Source of the DNA: Cirrosporium novae-zelandiae
Taxonomy: Eukaryota
Assembly (NCBI GenBank): GCA_026023565.1
Contig: JAPETS010000002.1
Span: 620,001-684,000, forward strand
Direction: 5' to 3'
Length of the DNA stretch: 64,000 bases
Below are positions 49,545-63,450 of the stretch, one piece after another; the stretch's first letter is position 1, and each line of letters begins with the position of its first letter. Made by a program: the position numbers and the translations under genes. The notes below the pieces were generated by a model. That model ran no database searches. It worked only from the letters and a program-made list of their open reading frames with translations, and had not been told where the DNA came from.

Positions 49545-52168
49545 ATGTATATATATTGGCGACTTTGGGTGGCCATTTTCTTTAGCTTCTACTTTATTCC
49601 CGTACAAGGTAAGGCTTCCCCTCTATTGATTACCTTATTTATAAACTTGGTTTATACTGATTGAACATCAGCAAGTTCCAAGGTCCCCAACCCATTAAAC
49701 TACATCTCGCTATTAGAGAAACCTGAAATTCGAACGCCGTCGCATAGGCTGCATGCGTTTTCTGAATTCGATCTTATATTCAACCTCCATCGCAATGCTC
49801 AGCGAATAAAGCTTAAACTCGAACCTAACCATGACATTCTTGCTGATGACGCCACGGTACATTTCCTAGACCAAAATGGGGATGTGCAGTATTCAGAACC
49901 GATAGAGAGACTGGCCCACAGGGTTTTCAAAGGTTATGCGTCGGTGCAAGGCTATGATGGTGATTGGACCAGAGTTGGAAGTGCACGAATTACCATCGTT
50001 AGGGATGGGCTACATCCACTTTTCGAGGGTTCTTTTGAGATCCGCGGCGACTATCATTCAATTAAGACACTATCCAACTACAGACGATCGAAGCATCCCC
50101 TGGATCCGGACCCTGTAGGTGTTGATGAGGAATCCATGGTTGTATTTCGAGATTCCGACCATGACTCCAATTCTGGATACCAGACGGAGCTTCGACGAAG
50201 GGCCAGTGAGATAGAACAACTGTGTGGCGCCGATACACTGGATTTCAATTTACAACCAGATCACCCTGTATATTCCGGTTTTGGGCCTAAGTCTGATGTA
50301 AGCTTCTGGGGATCTATTTCTGCCGGCTCAATTTTCGGCAAGCGTCAGATTGATAGTTCTACTGGTAGTGGGAACTCAGCTGGCGTCAATCTCACATCTA
50401 CAATAGGCTCGACAAGTGGATGTCCGAATACACGAAAAGTGGCTTTAGTTGGAGTAGCCACCGATTGCATGTATACAGCCTCTATGAATTCGACAGAGAC
50501 CACGCGGCAAACTGTCATTAGCATGATAAACTCGGCTTCTGATGTGTTTGAAAAATCATTCAATATTACTTTGGGCTTGCGTAATCTTACTGTCAGTGAT
50601 GCAAGCTGTCCTGGGACTGCTTCAACCACTACGGCATGGAACGTGAACTGCGCGGGTGCCAATATTACGGAACGGCTAGATCTTTTTTCACGATGGCGTG
50701 GAACTCACGCAGATAGTAATGCTTTCTGGACGCTTTTAAGCACCTGCAACACTGGTGCTGATGTTGGCCTTTCCTGGCTTGGACAACTTTGTGTGAGTTC
50801 TGTCACCAACGACACTAGTGGAAATTCTGCTACTGGGGCGAATGTTGTTGTACCAGTTGATAGTGGGTGGGAGGTTTTTGCGTGAGTGGCACTTTATCTC
50901 AAGTCCATATTAGAACGATGTTTTGCAGCTCGTTGCATAATCAGGCTGAATCCAAGGCAAGTGGATTTGGGTTTGCTGACCTATTATAGTCATGAAGCTG
51001 GTCACATATTTGGCGCTGTACATGATTGCACTTCTACAACCTGCAGTGATGGGACTGCTAGTAAACAACAGTGCTGTCCGCTCAGTAGCTCAACATGCAA
51101 CGCGAACGCGCAGTACATCATGAATCCCTCAGCTGTTGACAGTGTTACTTCGTTTAGTCCGTGTACAATAGGTAACATATGTTCTGGTATGCTTCGCAAC
51201 AGTATAAATTCGGATTGCTTGTCCGATAACAAAGGTATCACGACCATTACGGGGCAGCAATGTGGTAACGGCATTGTGGAAGACGGCGAAGATTGTGATT
51301 GCGGTGGAACTGAAAGTTGCGGGGATAATTCATGCTGCAATCCTACCACCTGCAAGTTTAAGGACAGTGCCGTTTGTGATGATTCAAATGATGCATGCTG
51401 CAGCAGCTGCCAATTCGCATCGAAGGGAACCATATGTCGGGAAAGTACTGGTAAATGTGATCCAGAAGAGACCTGCTCCGGCACGAACGCTACATGTCCA
51501 GCAGACCAGACTGCTGCAGATGGCAAAAGCTGTGGCGACAGCCTTACATGTGCTAGCGGGCAATGCACTTCAAGAGATCTACAGTGCAAGACTCTGACAG
51601 GACAATTGGGGGTTGGTAATGATACCTACGCATGTGACAGCTACAGCTGCACAATCACATGCGCTTCTCCCGAACTAGGTTCCAACGCCTGTTACGAAAT
51701 GCAGCAAAATTTCCTTGATGGAACGTCCTGTGGGGGCGGTGGAAAATGTGAGAATGTAAGTATCAAATGCTCTACCTGCAATCCGTAGCAGTTATTGATG
51801 ATTCCTTCTAGGGTGTCTGCAAAGGTTCGAGCGCTACTAAAGAAATCGGATCCTGGATCTCCGACCACAAAGGTCTAGTTATCGGTCTCTCCGCTGGGCT
51901 TGGCGCCGTAATCCTCCTCCTTGTTCTTGGCTGCATCTACCGCTCCTGCGTCGCTCGAAGAAACCGCAAGCGTTTTCGCAAGCCGATGATACCTCCCCAA
52001 ATGCAAGGATGGGGCCATCCAATGCAGGCGTATCCTCCTCCACCGCCTCCACCAAGACATATGAGAAGCAGAAGCCGTGGTGGGAACAATTCAGGATGGG
52101 ATCCTAATGGATACCAGAGAGGTCCACCTCCACCATATTACGGGGGGCAGAGTGTAAGGTATGCATGA
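49545..52168 (+). CDS. Fungal ADAM (disintegrin and metalloprotease, ADM-B-like); exons 49545-49608, 49672-50881, 50990-51755, 51812-52168
   Basis: Signal peptide, prodomain and Kex2-type site FGKR|QID. Zinc motif A|HEAGHIFGAVHD with Met-turn YIMNP. Disintegrin CGNGIVEDGEDCDCG, then Cys-rich domain, TM helix and Pro-rich tail. Confidence 0.93.
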
Positions 52169-52929
52169 TTTCGGCGGTGGGATTTGCTGTTTGAAAGTGG
52201 ATATTGTGGAGGAACTTGGGATGGCGTTTTATGGGAAAAGACAATAACGATTTTGCATATTTCAAAGAGCGTTGGAGATGGCATATTATTTTGTGAAAAC
52301 AGTACTGAATTATATAGTAGGTACATATCACAGTAAATTAGATAATAAAGGTAACGGCCGATGATCCGAATGGAGACAAGGATATTATGATAATTACTGT
52401 GGTAGGGATGAGGAGTAAGCACTAGGGATGAGGTTAATAATGATATGGAAAGATCTGCAATTAATGTCTCTAAATTAAGCAAGACTGTGCTTATATTTTA
52501 TATCTAGTGTTTTATAGTCTCCTAAGGTTACTGTTATCAACCTTTCTGTATCCAGATACGGATATGACGTAATTTGGTGATAGGTGTTCAGGTGTGTGTG
52601 TTGCGTGTACATGTGTACCTCACCATGGCTTGTGGTTGAAGTGTAAACTCAAGTAACTACTACAAACAGGAAACTATTGCTTGAAAACCCGCTGTTCCTG
52701 CATTTTTAACCATAGCACTCTCAGTACAAAGTCTGTTTAATTTAATTTATTATGCCTTCCCTCTGTTCAAACGTCGCAGCTTCCTGACTTTTTCCCTTCA
52801 CACCTCTCTCACTTCACTTATCTTTTGTTGTTTGATCATCTTAGACATTTTACCTCACGATCTCTAATTCACAGTGAATCCGTTTGTCTATCCTACCTAG
52901 TTGTTCTCTACCACCTCAACATCCTAACA

Positions 52930-55900
52930 ATGGTCGTTATCGAAAATTTCGAGTATTTAACCCAGGAGGAGCAGCGGCTTGCTCAGGATCGATCACGAGA
53001 GAAGTATTGGAAGAAATGGGGACCTTATGTAGCTGAACGGTATGTGAGGTCATTAATCATGTTGCTTTATCATTTAATGAACTTTTATGCTAATTGATCT
53101 ATTTAGAGCTTATGCCACTGTGAGAGAAGATTATAGCGGCGATGGCGATGCGTGGAGTCACTTCCCTCATGAGCAGGCTCGTTCTCGGACATACCGTTGG
53201 GGTGAAGATGGCATTGCCGGCGTGTGTGACACCCATGGCATAGAAAACATTGCCTTCGCCTTTTGGAACGAGAAGGATGATTTTCTCAAGGAGCGTCTTT
53301 TCGGCCTCTCTAATCCACAAGGAAATCATGGTGAGAGTCTTAAGGAAGCCCATTTTCACCTAGACAATACGCCTACACACTCTTATATGAAATACTTATA
53401 CAAATACCCCCAACGAAAATTCCCTTATGAAAATCTCATCAAGGAAAATGGTAGGAGAGGTAAAGAAGATCGAGAGTATCAACTTTTGGACACTGGCGTC
53501 TTCAATGACAACAAGTATTGGGATATCTTTATTGAGACCGCAAAAGAGACAGATGACCCAGAAGAGATGCTTTTTCGAGTTACATGCTATAATCGTGGTC
53601 CAGAGCCCGCCCCAATTCACATCATCCCTCACGTCTGGTTCAGAAACACTTGGTCTTGGGGCCGTGAGCCGGCCAATAAGAAACCCATGATCAGACAGAT
53701 CGGACCTCTTACTGCTCAAACCAAGCATCACAAATTGGGTGATCGCTTCTTCCAGCTTTCCCCCTCTCCAGGTATTGGTAAGACTGGGGAAGATGTCTTA
53801 CCTAGCATGTTGTTCACTGAGAATGATACCAACTTCAAAGCGCTGTACGACGGAAAAAACCCACAGCCATATGTTAAAGATGCTTTTCATCGTTTTATTG
53901 TAGATGAAGAAAAGAATGCAATCAATCCACATTGTCGAGGGACTAAGTGTGCTGCATGGTATGCTTTTGACGAAGGCGATGGTGTCGCTCCTGGAGAATG
54001 TGCTGTGGTCCGTTTCCGCCTTTCAAAGAAGCATGAGGGATACCTAGATGAAGAACTGTTCGACGATATTATCGAGCAGCGAAGACAGGAGGCTGATGAA
54101 TTCTACTGGCGAATCAGTCCTCTCCCAATGAGTGATGACCTACGAAATATCCAACGACAAGCATTCTCTGGAATGCTCTGGTGCAAACAATATTATCATT
54201 TCATCTGGGATCAATGGGCCAATGGTGATCCAGCCATGCCGCCGCCCCCTGAAAGTCGGAGAAAGATTCGTAACGAACATTGGAAACATATGTTCCTTGA
54301 TGATATTTTATCGATGCCTGATTCCTGGGAATATCCTTTCTTTGCAGCTTGGGATACCGCTTTCCACTGTATTCCCCTTGCTATGATTGATCCAGACTTT
54401 GCAAAGAAACAGCTTGACTTATTAACTAGAGAATGGTACATGCACCCTAACGGACAGCTTCCAGCCTATGAATGGAATTTTGGAGACGTCAATCCACCCG
54501 TTCATGCCTGGTCCGTCTTTAGAACGTTTAAGATCGAACGCAAGATGTATGGTCGGCAGGATTTAGATTTCCTTGAAAGAGTCTTCCAAAAGCTGCTCTT
54601 GAACTTTACCTGGTGGGTGAACCGAAAAGACTCCGATGGAAAGAACGTCTTCGAAGGTGGTTTCCTCGGTCTTGACAATATCGGACTCTTTAACCGGTCG
54701 GACCCCTTACCAACTGGAGGTGTTTTGGAACAAGCAGACAGCACTGGCTGGATGGCGTTCTACTGTCTGTCAATGCTGAACATTGCACTTGAGCTAGCAA
54801 AGCATCGCCGGATCTATGAAGATATCGCATCTAAATTCTTCGAACACTTCATCCTCATCTCCGATGCGATGACCTTCCGTTCTGGGGGAAAGGAGAAAGC
54901 GCTTTGGAATAATACGGATGGCTTCTACTATGATGCTATATCATGGGGTGGTCCATGGATCAAGCAACTTGAAATTAGATCTCTTGTTGGCCTCATTCCC
55001 TTATTCGCTGTCCTCACTCTAGAGCCTCAGATGCTTGACAAATTTCCTAGCTTCAAACGTCGGCTTGATTGGTTCGTTGAGAACCGTCATGATGTCGCTG
55101 AACGTAATATTGCTAGTTTAAGACGTCGCGGTAAGGGTGATCGGATTATGTTAGCTCTTGTGAGCAAAGAGCGGCTAATAAGGATCCTAAAGCCAATGCT
55201 GGATGAATCGGAGTTTCTATCAGATCATGGTATCAGATCCCTATCGAAGCATCACGAAAAGAACCCGTATTCAATGGATGTGAATGGCCAGACGTTCAAA
55301 GTCTCCTATATCTCAGGAGACTCAGACAGCGGACTGTTTGGTGGAAATAGCAATTGGCGAGGACCAATATGGCTTGCGGTCAACTTTTTACTCGTTGAAT
55401 CGCTCCTGCGGTTCTTTATGTTCTATGGAAATGACCTCCAAGTCGAATGCCCAACCGGATCAGGTGTGTATATGCATCTGGGACAGGTAGCGGAGGAGAT
55501 ACAACATCGTCTTCAACATTTGATGGTTCGTAATGATGACGGACGGAGAGCAATCAATGATGGTAATGATACGCTGGACTTTGATCCTAACTGGAAAGAC
55601 TACATGTGGTTCTATGAATTTTTCGACGGGGATAGTGGAAGAGGGCTTGGAGCTACTCATCAATGTGGCTGGACTGGCCTTATTGCTAAGATTATCCATG
55701 ATACTGGTATCAACTGTCGCCTACCCCAAACCCCAAGGACTCCATCTATTGCTGCAGCACATTATTTTGATGATACTTTCAGCCGTTCTGCAAATTTGAG
55801 AGCCGGAAAACCTCCTCTGATGCGACGATCATCGACTAGCAGATCCATCGGGAATCTGAGTGCCCGTACTTCTACCTATGGCGAAGACGATGATGAGAAA

Positions 55901-56032
55901 CGTAAGGAGGCCGACGAGCACCAGGCCAGTTACGTGTCACACCAACTTGAGAAGATAAGGTCTAGTGAAGGCAGCGCCATCACAGACGGTGATGCGGCGG
56001 ATGAGTTTGAGGCGCAGCTTGATGGCAACTAA
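52930..56032 (+). CDS. Glycoside hydrolase family 63-like cytosolic protein (YMR196W-like); exons 52930-53039, 53107-56032
   Basis: WKKWGPYVAER|AYATVREDYS; YRWGEDGIAG; LKERLFGL; SMPDSWEYPFFAAWDTAFH; FEGGFLGLDNI; NSNWRGPIW; EFFDGDSGRGLGATHQCGWTGL. Confidence 0.9.
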
Positions 56033-56546
56033 AGAGTTTGATGGCTTTGTACATGGCATGGGCATCAGGTGAAGTCATAGGACATGCTTCACTGTAGATA
56101 TTAGATTGATAAGCACGCGGTGCTATCCTTGAGTCAAAAATAGATTTCATCGTTTAATGCTAGTAATGAAATTGGGTGATGGCATCACTATTCCATATTC
56201 TATTCTTAGTCAGTACGGTAGCTAGCACTAGAGTCAAATATAAGGCAATCAAAGCCAATTTCAAGGTTGTCTACGAAAGCAGAAGGTTCCACCAGCCAGT
56301 CTCCGGAGTGCTTTGTACAGATATCTCCAACCTTTGAGGTTGTTCTTCCTAGAGTCTTTATAAATCACAGGTGCTGGGAGAGAGAATGAGGCAATCGGTT
56401 ATATCAAGTCCAATGAAAGCATCCTTTAGTCTTTTCTTTGCTTCAGGTCTCGCTCCCTTCATCTATCGAAACCAAGAGTCTCTCTCCCCTAGCTGCAATG
56501 TACACACACCTTTCCCCATAATTCCTTCAGCTATCCCAAAGGCTTC

Positions 56547-57675
56547 TTACAAGGTATCAGTCAAGAGCTTGTTAAGCTTGGAGATCTTGGAGCTGACGCT
56601 CAGATCGATGGTTCGGTCGCCGACTTCGACGACGAGGCCCCCGAGGAGGGAGGAGTCAACCTTTTGGACGACCTTGAGTTTTTTGCCTTGGGAGAACTGA
56701 GACTTGCCGACTGCGGATTCAAGGCGGGAGAGGGTTCTGCTGTCGAGTCTCTGGAAAATGAAACATCAGTTTACATATAAGGTTTATTGGGCCATAGGAT
56801 GAGTGCGTGCTGCTGCATTTCAAGCCATCTAGGTAGATAGCTGAGGTAAATACAAGGGATCCAGAAACATTCTATCTAGTAGCAATTTTGATCCGCACGG
56901 CCGTGTGGCCCCACAACAGGCGATGTTTATCAACGATTGGGACATAAACTTACGGCTGCACTAGTAACCGTAACTTCCATCTCTCCTTTGTGTGCACCCA
57001 TCAAGACGGTGAACTTGTCGCAGACTCCCTCCAAGATGCCCAATCTGTTGTTCTCAGCCAAAGTTGCGAGGAAGTTCTTGAGGACATCGCCTCCGGCGCC
57101 ACCGGTGTGTTTCTGAAGTTCGGCGACTATTTGTTCTTTATCGGTAACGGTGAGGGAGGGGGCATTAAGGATAGAAGTGAGTTTTGGATCCCGTTTGAAG
57201 ACTTGGGCAAGGGAGGAGAGGGCCCTGGCTGTAGCGTCAAGGTTGGAAGTTTTGGCGGATGCTGTGTACTGTTGTTTAATTAAACGTAATTGTTAGTTAT
57301 CTAGCTAAATGGCATTTGAGGTTGTGAGCTATGAGAGAGCATTCGGCTTTTGTCTTCAATTGAGTTGAGAGTTCAATTTTCACAACCAAATTGACCCTCC
57401 CATCAAAAACCATCCTCAATATCCAAAACTGGTGTAATTCCCCCAAGGAAACATACCAAAGCGCTCGCATACGTTCCATCGATACCAAACAATGCAACAG
57501 GTGGCTTCACATCCTTATCCACAGCTGCTGGAGCCGCGTACGTCCGCTTCTGGCTTTTCTGGTGGGTAGACCGGATCAAGATGAGGGACGCTGCGGCGGC
57601 GGGCCGGGAGATGGCGGTTGTGTGGTGAGAAAGGGCGAGGAGACCCTGGCGGGCGGTGCTACGGATTGGAAGCAT
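56547..57675 (-). CDS. ATP5: Mitochondrial ATP synthase OSCP subunit; exons 57675-57457, 57268-56954, 56750-56547
   Basis: Presequence; KPPVALFGIDGTYASAL|YTAS; NFLATLAENNRL; VTVTSAA|RLD; LGGLVVEVGDRTIDLSVSSKI. Confidence 0.95.
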
Positions 57676-58453
57676 GGTTTGTGGAGTTGGAGCTTGGGTT
57701 GAGTGGAGAGGGTTGGGTAGATGAGGTTGGTGACGGGAGGTTTGATGAGCTTGGTTGGTGAATCTGATGGTGTGGATTAGAATGGTGGAGGGATGCGATG
57801 TACGCAGATAAGGGTATGTTGGAGTACGGAAACTTTCGGGTCGCTGGAACTTTATATCGTAATTAATTACTGTCACGACTGTGTAATTATGTACAACATT
57901 ATTAAGAATATCTACCCAACCCTTGTTTCATTCCGCTTCTTGACCTATTTCCGAAAATGAAGAAGACTAAGGTACATAAATAGTGCATATGGCTTAAAAT
58001 ATGCATCTAGCTATCTGATTCCTGTGTGTTGATGTCGAGGCTTTGCTGGTTTTCTTGTCGTAGTCATACTAGGCCTTTAATTATTATATTTTGGCACTTG
58101 GGTTGAGGTTGGTGTAAGATTTGGATAGTTATGTTTTTGTTTTCACAATTTTAAACAAAGATCAAGAACGGAGCAGTTATTTTTGCTATAATTTGTAAAA
58201 AAAACCACCTAAGTATAAAATTACAAAATCTTCCACAAAAATATCATTACTGCTACTAATAATAATATTAATGCTAACAAGAATGCCATCCAGTTTCGGC
58301 ATATAAGCATATCCCAGACCAAACAGACGGTGAGGAAGTGTCATACCCTTGTCATCATTGGTTAGTACTCGAGAAAGCTCAATGCTCATCAAATGATAAC
58401 TTTTCTGTACGAGCTTGTTAGAAGTGCTCCTGACTAAAAAAAATCATCAAACT

Positions 58454-61400
58454 TCACTCCTCCAGTTCAGGAAGTTCACCGTCCCACTGTATTTTCATCG
58501 TGGTAGGGAATGGGAATAAGCTGGACTGGTCTGCTGTCATAAATACATCATGGCTCTGAACATTTATCGTTTTGACTTTCCCTTGTTCACCCGGAGCCCT
58601 TCTGAGATTATCAAGACGGCCGACCGTCTTGAGCATAGTCGTCATCGCAGTTTTGCATGCCGATAACCCGAGGCATTGATGAGGGCCCCAGCCGAATTGG
58701 ATATAAGAATCAATATCACGATCCAATTTAACCTCTTGGGGGTCGGGGAATTGTTCAGGATCTAAAGATGCGGCATGCAAATCTGCAAAAACACGCCGGC
58801 CAATTTTACACATAACACTAGTATTGCCGTCCGTGATAACCTGGGGCGTGGCGACGTCCCTATATAAGCCGACTGGTGAGCGAATTCTTGTTGCTTCCAT
58901 GAAATATCGAAGAAGCTTCTCGTCAGCTTCAGGGGTCTCAAGTTTAGCGAGATAGTTGATATCTGGGAGATATTTGGAACCTTCTGACAAGTAGTAGTCT
59001 AAGCAGACGGCGAAAAGCTGGGCTTGATTCGCCACCATGCCGCCAGCAGTTGGGAGCAAATGTGTCCATACAATTTCTTCTGGAGTATATTTACTCTTTA
59101 GCAGACGGTCGATCATGTGAATTCCATAATCTGTCATGGGAGTTTTTTTATGAAAGCTCTCAATGATGCTTCCAAAAAGTTTTTTGGTTGCTGCCACAGC
59201 AAGAACATTTGCCATGGTCACCTCTCCGAGCTGTTGCGTGACTTTTCGTGCTGCTTGACGCAAGGGGAAACTCTTAGCAGGGTCCACATCAAAGAATATT
59301 GTCATGAAGACTAGAGCCATGATAAGATAAAGCTCAGATTCGGCAAATAGGCCGTGAGGATTCTCGGTAGTCTTCAAAGGGAATGAAAAGACGCTTGATG
59401 CAAAATGCACTTGAGCAAGATTACCAACATCTCTAACGATATCAACCTGATTCACACCAGCAAGCTTGTATGAATGTTGGTGTAACAGTTTTAAGGTGAT
59501 ATCCTCGTAGAACATCTTGACTTCGTCTTGCCAGTTATTGATGTAGAGCGCCTTTCCCATTGTTTGTCTTGATTTCTCATTGGCTGGTGCATCACCAGAG
59601 AGCATGAAGTCATGGCCCAGGTTACGTTCCCCCCTGTGCATCAAAAATTCGATGGCTTCTCCCCAGGTAACTTTGAAATCTCGTTGGTTGTCAAGGACCA
59701 ATTTACAAGCGGCATACGAGTTAATGGGGATTAGGGGAGGTATGAAGGTAGGTTTTTCGAAGTTGTAGTTGTTGACCGTCTTGAGCTTTGTGTGGATGAT
59801 CTTGTTTTCCTGTGGGATCACTAGTGGAAAGTGGGCATAAATAGAATTGGGCTTGAAATAATTGGGGAAAGCTCGAAGGATCAGTTTATAAAATACTTGA
59901 CCTTCGTCGACGTTGACGTCGTAGTTAGCTTCGCTGTAACCCCAGCTTGTTAAATTCTTTGGGTTGTAATCGATCGTATAGAACCGGTCTCCACGAACCA
60001 AAGCGACTGCATCTGAGAGAACTGCTCGAGATATCGTGTAACCCGGGCACAGTCCTGATCCAGGGTCCATCCGTTTTTTACTTTCTTCGACAATAAGTCC
60101 TGGATAGATCTCAACAAAATCAGGGCGCTCATATAGACGACGGAGCTGATCTGCTACATATGAGTCGGAATTGATGTCTTCGAAAGTCTCATGAGGAGTA
60201 AGACTAAAGTGTTTTCGGAATTCGTTGAGACTTGCGAGATTCCAAGCTCGGGCCTGCTTAATCCCAAGCACTTCCACCATCTTGAGAATCTGTGGAATTC
60301 TGCGAGCACCAAATTCACAGGCACAATCTTCGATGCTTTCAGTAAGAATTTTCACCAAGTCCGCGTCATCAAAAGAGCCATTTTCCCCGCGAGTAAGATC
60401 TTCCAAAGGGCGATCTTGAGGGTTGGTAGGTAATGTAGACTCCCACTGATGTAATGTTCCTACGAATTCTCCAAAACATATCTGGCTAGGATCTCTTCCA
60501 GGAAACAGTTTCTGGTATTGGGCTTGGGTCCACTTATCATCTCGTTCAGACACAGCAGCATGCCAGCGATAAACCAGATTGAACTCTGCAGAAATCTGGT
60601 TTCCAACTCCTTCTGTAGCAGCGTTGCCAAAGAGAGACTTTCCCATCTCTGTCCGAGGGTCCAAGTCCCAGGCACTATCGGTTCTGTTAAGATTCAGAAT
60701 CGTCCTAACATAGTCCTTCAAAATTAAGTTGACATAAAGGCCGCAAGTTACAAGACGAGCTGTCTGGAAAATGTCGTTATCATATTTTGCAAGTGATGGT
60801 TTGGCAACCTCTTCCAAATAATTTTCCCAGGATATGCTAGAATATTTCTCCAAAGGTGGTTTGGAATCACCTTCTTTCGAAGATGGCTTGGGTTTGGTAA
60901 ATCGACCATTTTCGTTGATCGTAGCAAGTTGAGTGGCAATGTAGTTATGAAATCTATTGAGCATGATCAATAGAACACTAACTCCAGGAGGGAATCCAAT
61001 CAAGCGCTTTTCGGAAAAGCAGTCAGGCTTTATTTTTCCATCCACAAAGGTTCGCATGACTTGCTGGTCGTCCCAGGTACTTCCATACAAGGGTGATAGG
61101 TCAAGATAGGAGGATGTTGTGGAATTGGTTTGGTTTTCGCGATCGGTTCGGAATAAGTCATGAATGATAATGGAAGCAAGGTAGAATAGCATGCTGGAGA
61201 TTTTGTTAGGATGGGGAACGTATTTGTCTCGGGCTAGGACGCTGTCAAATATAACATCTGGAGGGGGTAGAGCAGCAGGTCTGATCATTTTTGGATTCAC
61301 ACTTCGAGCATATGGAGTATTCGCTTTTCCAATATGAGGATATAGCATATTGTTGTACGATCCATCAGGTTGACGGTATGTATATTGCTCTCCAAGGCAC

Positions 61401-62004
61401 GATAGGGGAGGGTGCTGAAGGTCACTCCAGAGAGTGCTGATAAAGGAATTTGAGAGCCTGATGCCATTCTGAGACTGTAATGGAAGTTGGGCGGCCAGCT
61501 ATAGATGCATTATTATTGTGATGGAAGCCCAATTACTTTTTGGAAACAACTAACCTGAACAATATGTTCCATCAGATACTTCTTATCATCCCATAAATCT
61601 CCAGAGATGGATTTCTGGAGCGTTGCTATGACTGTCTTTAGATCTTTCCCAACGTCTAAACCCATACTCTCAAAGTCACGGATAAGCCCTGACGGAACCT
61701 GTTTTTCGATGTAGGTTCCATCGCCAGTTTCAGTGGGAAGGGGTCTATGGATGGCATGGATTACGCCATGGATTTGAGCAAGGGCCTGTTCGAAATCTTT
61801 TCGAGGATCTCTCAGCAAAGTGACTGGTCCTGATGCCATAGTTTCGGGTTCCGGGTCATGAGGAATTCTATTAGGGGTGAGGCGAGGTAAAAGGCGATTC
61901 AGTATACTGAGGAAACCTGGAAGTGGCAGGAAGCTGAGGAGGGCAAGTGGGCTTTTGTAAAGAGACACAATATTGCTCCCTGAAGACTTTGCTTGCTCCG
62001 GCAT
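58454..62004 (-). CDS. ppoA: Psi-factor-producing oxygenase: heme dioxygenase-cytochrome P450 fusion (linoleate diol synthase, PpoA-like); exons 62004-61555, 61498-58454
   Basis: Dioxygenase domain: YRQPDGSYNN, SIIIHDLFRT (distal His), YVRTILN, EFNLVYRWH (Tyr radical and proximal His). P450 domain: ANQAQ, EATR (ExxR) and FGWGPHQCLG heme-thiolate. Alternative start at 61839. Confidence 0.9.
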
Positions 62005-63152
62005 TTTGTTTAAAGATCTTAGGATGAAAAAGTTAGTTTGATTCAAAATTCAATTGAAAGAAAAATTTCGTTGAACAGTTCAAATAGTCCCCTTTGGAGG
62101 TTTTATGAGTCGGGCCTTACCGAGTTACACCGACCTTATAAGCCCCGAGGAATAGACTGACTCTCAGTCAGATATGGAAGGTGAAACTGTCAATTGGGTA
62201 ACAGTGGCTGGATTTATTCCGTCACATATGTGGAAGTAAACAAAGTAGTAATAAAGGGGAAAAGGACTCAGATGTTTGAAAATGAGGTGAAACCTTTTCC
62301 TTATTAAGTAGCCATTGGGAATTTTGTTCAAGTAGAATCGAATGAAAGAAAAGCCACATCTTAAGAACAGTCTTCGCACAAGGTAATTAATGACTACAGG
62401 AATTTTCAGATATGGGACTCTAATACAGGACGTGTACCAGCTGTATGAGCCAGCTGCGACAAGGGGATGAGATAGTAGACATTTTCATAAGGCTGAAGGC
62501 GTGGGGATATCAAGAAGAGGACTCCAATCAGTGGAAAGAATTGAGATAATTGCATATGGGGTAAAGGAGGACATGGAAAAGATAATAGAGAGCTGAAGTC
62601 AGCTTCTTGGATGCTTCTGTTCAGCTGAGCCCCATTTTAGTTGCATATATGGATTTTATTGAAAATCAGTGGACCAATGGTTCGGATGATAGGATGGATG
62701 GATAAGCACAAAGTTTGGAAGGATTCCATATTGCTATGCCCTTGTTGCTTTTTTCTCTCTTGTCAATGAGTCAATGAGAGGCAGAGTATTATTAACATTC
62801 TGGGGTCTTTGGAGCTCCGAGGGAGGATTGTTGGTGATATCAGACCTGCAAGCCCAATGTGGCAATGTGACAAGAGTTGCTAATTGTAGAGAGAGTGGAG
62901 AGTGGAGAGTTCTTTTTAGTTAAGCCTCGGCATCTAGATTCGGAGACACCGATGTAACCGGATTACCCTAACTATGTAATTATGTACTGTAAGTAACAGC
63001 CCTCTTTCTTCTCCAGCAAACAAGGGCAGGTGGAGAAGAAGAGCGGTCTGTTGGTCTGTGCATTATCCCCCGTGTCCCCCTCTAGAATCATGATCTCTAC
63101 AGTAGAATGATATCGAGTCCTTCTTGTCTACATCTACCCAGTACCCAGCAAC

Positions 63153-63182
63153 ACCTAATTACTGTAACTACAGTAATTAGGT
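63153..63182. repeat. Perfect 14-bp inverted repeat with 2-nt spacer
   Basis: ACCTAATTACTGTA-ac-TACAGTAATTAGGT. Confidence 0.9.
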
Positions 63183-63229
63183 AACCCAGTCTAGTCCTAC
63201 TCTTGACTAGTCACTTTTATTATTCAGAC

Positions 63230-63320
63230 CGAACACAACAAACGGCCAAGCTTCCTCGGTCTCAACGAACCACGAACACAACAAACGGCCAAGCTTCCTC
63301 GGTCTCAACGAACCACGAAC
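63230..63320. repeat. Perfect 43-bp direct tandem duplication (2 copies plus 5 bp)
   Basis: CGAACACAACAAACGGCCAAGCTTCCTCGGTCTCAACGAACCA at 63230-63272 and 63273-63315, then CGAAC. Confidence 0.95.
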
Positions 63321-63450
63321 TCAACAACGAATGGCTGAAGTGGTGAGCCATACAAACACGCCCTTGCGGGACCTTGCAACATTTTGAAGAAATGGACATA
63401 ACATGAAAAGAATGTGAATGCATCGCCAGCCTTCTGCATAGTCAGCCAAA

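Noticed and set aside
63230..63320. 43-bp repeat as a CRISPR array
   Set aside because: Eukaryotic context, copies directly adjacent with no spacer, and no cas genes.
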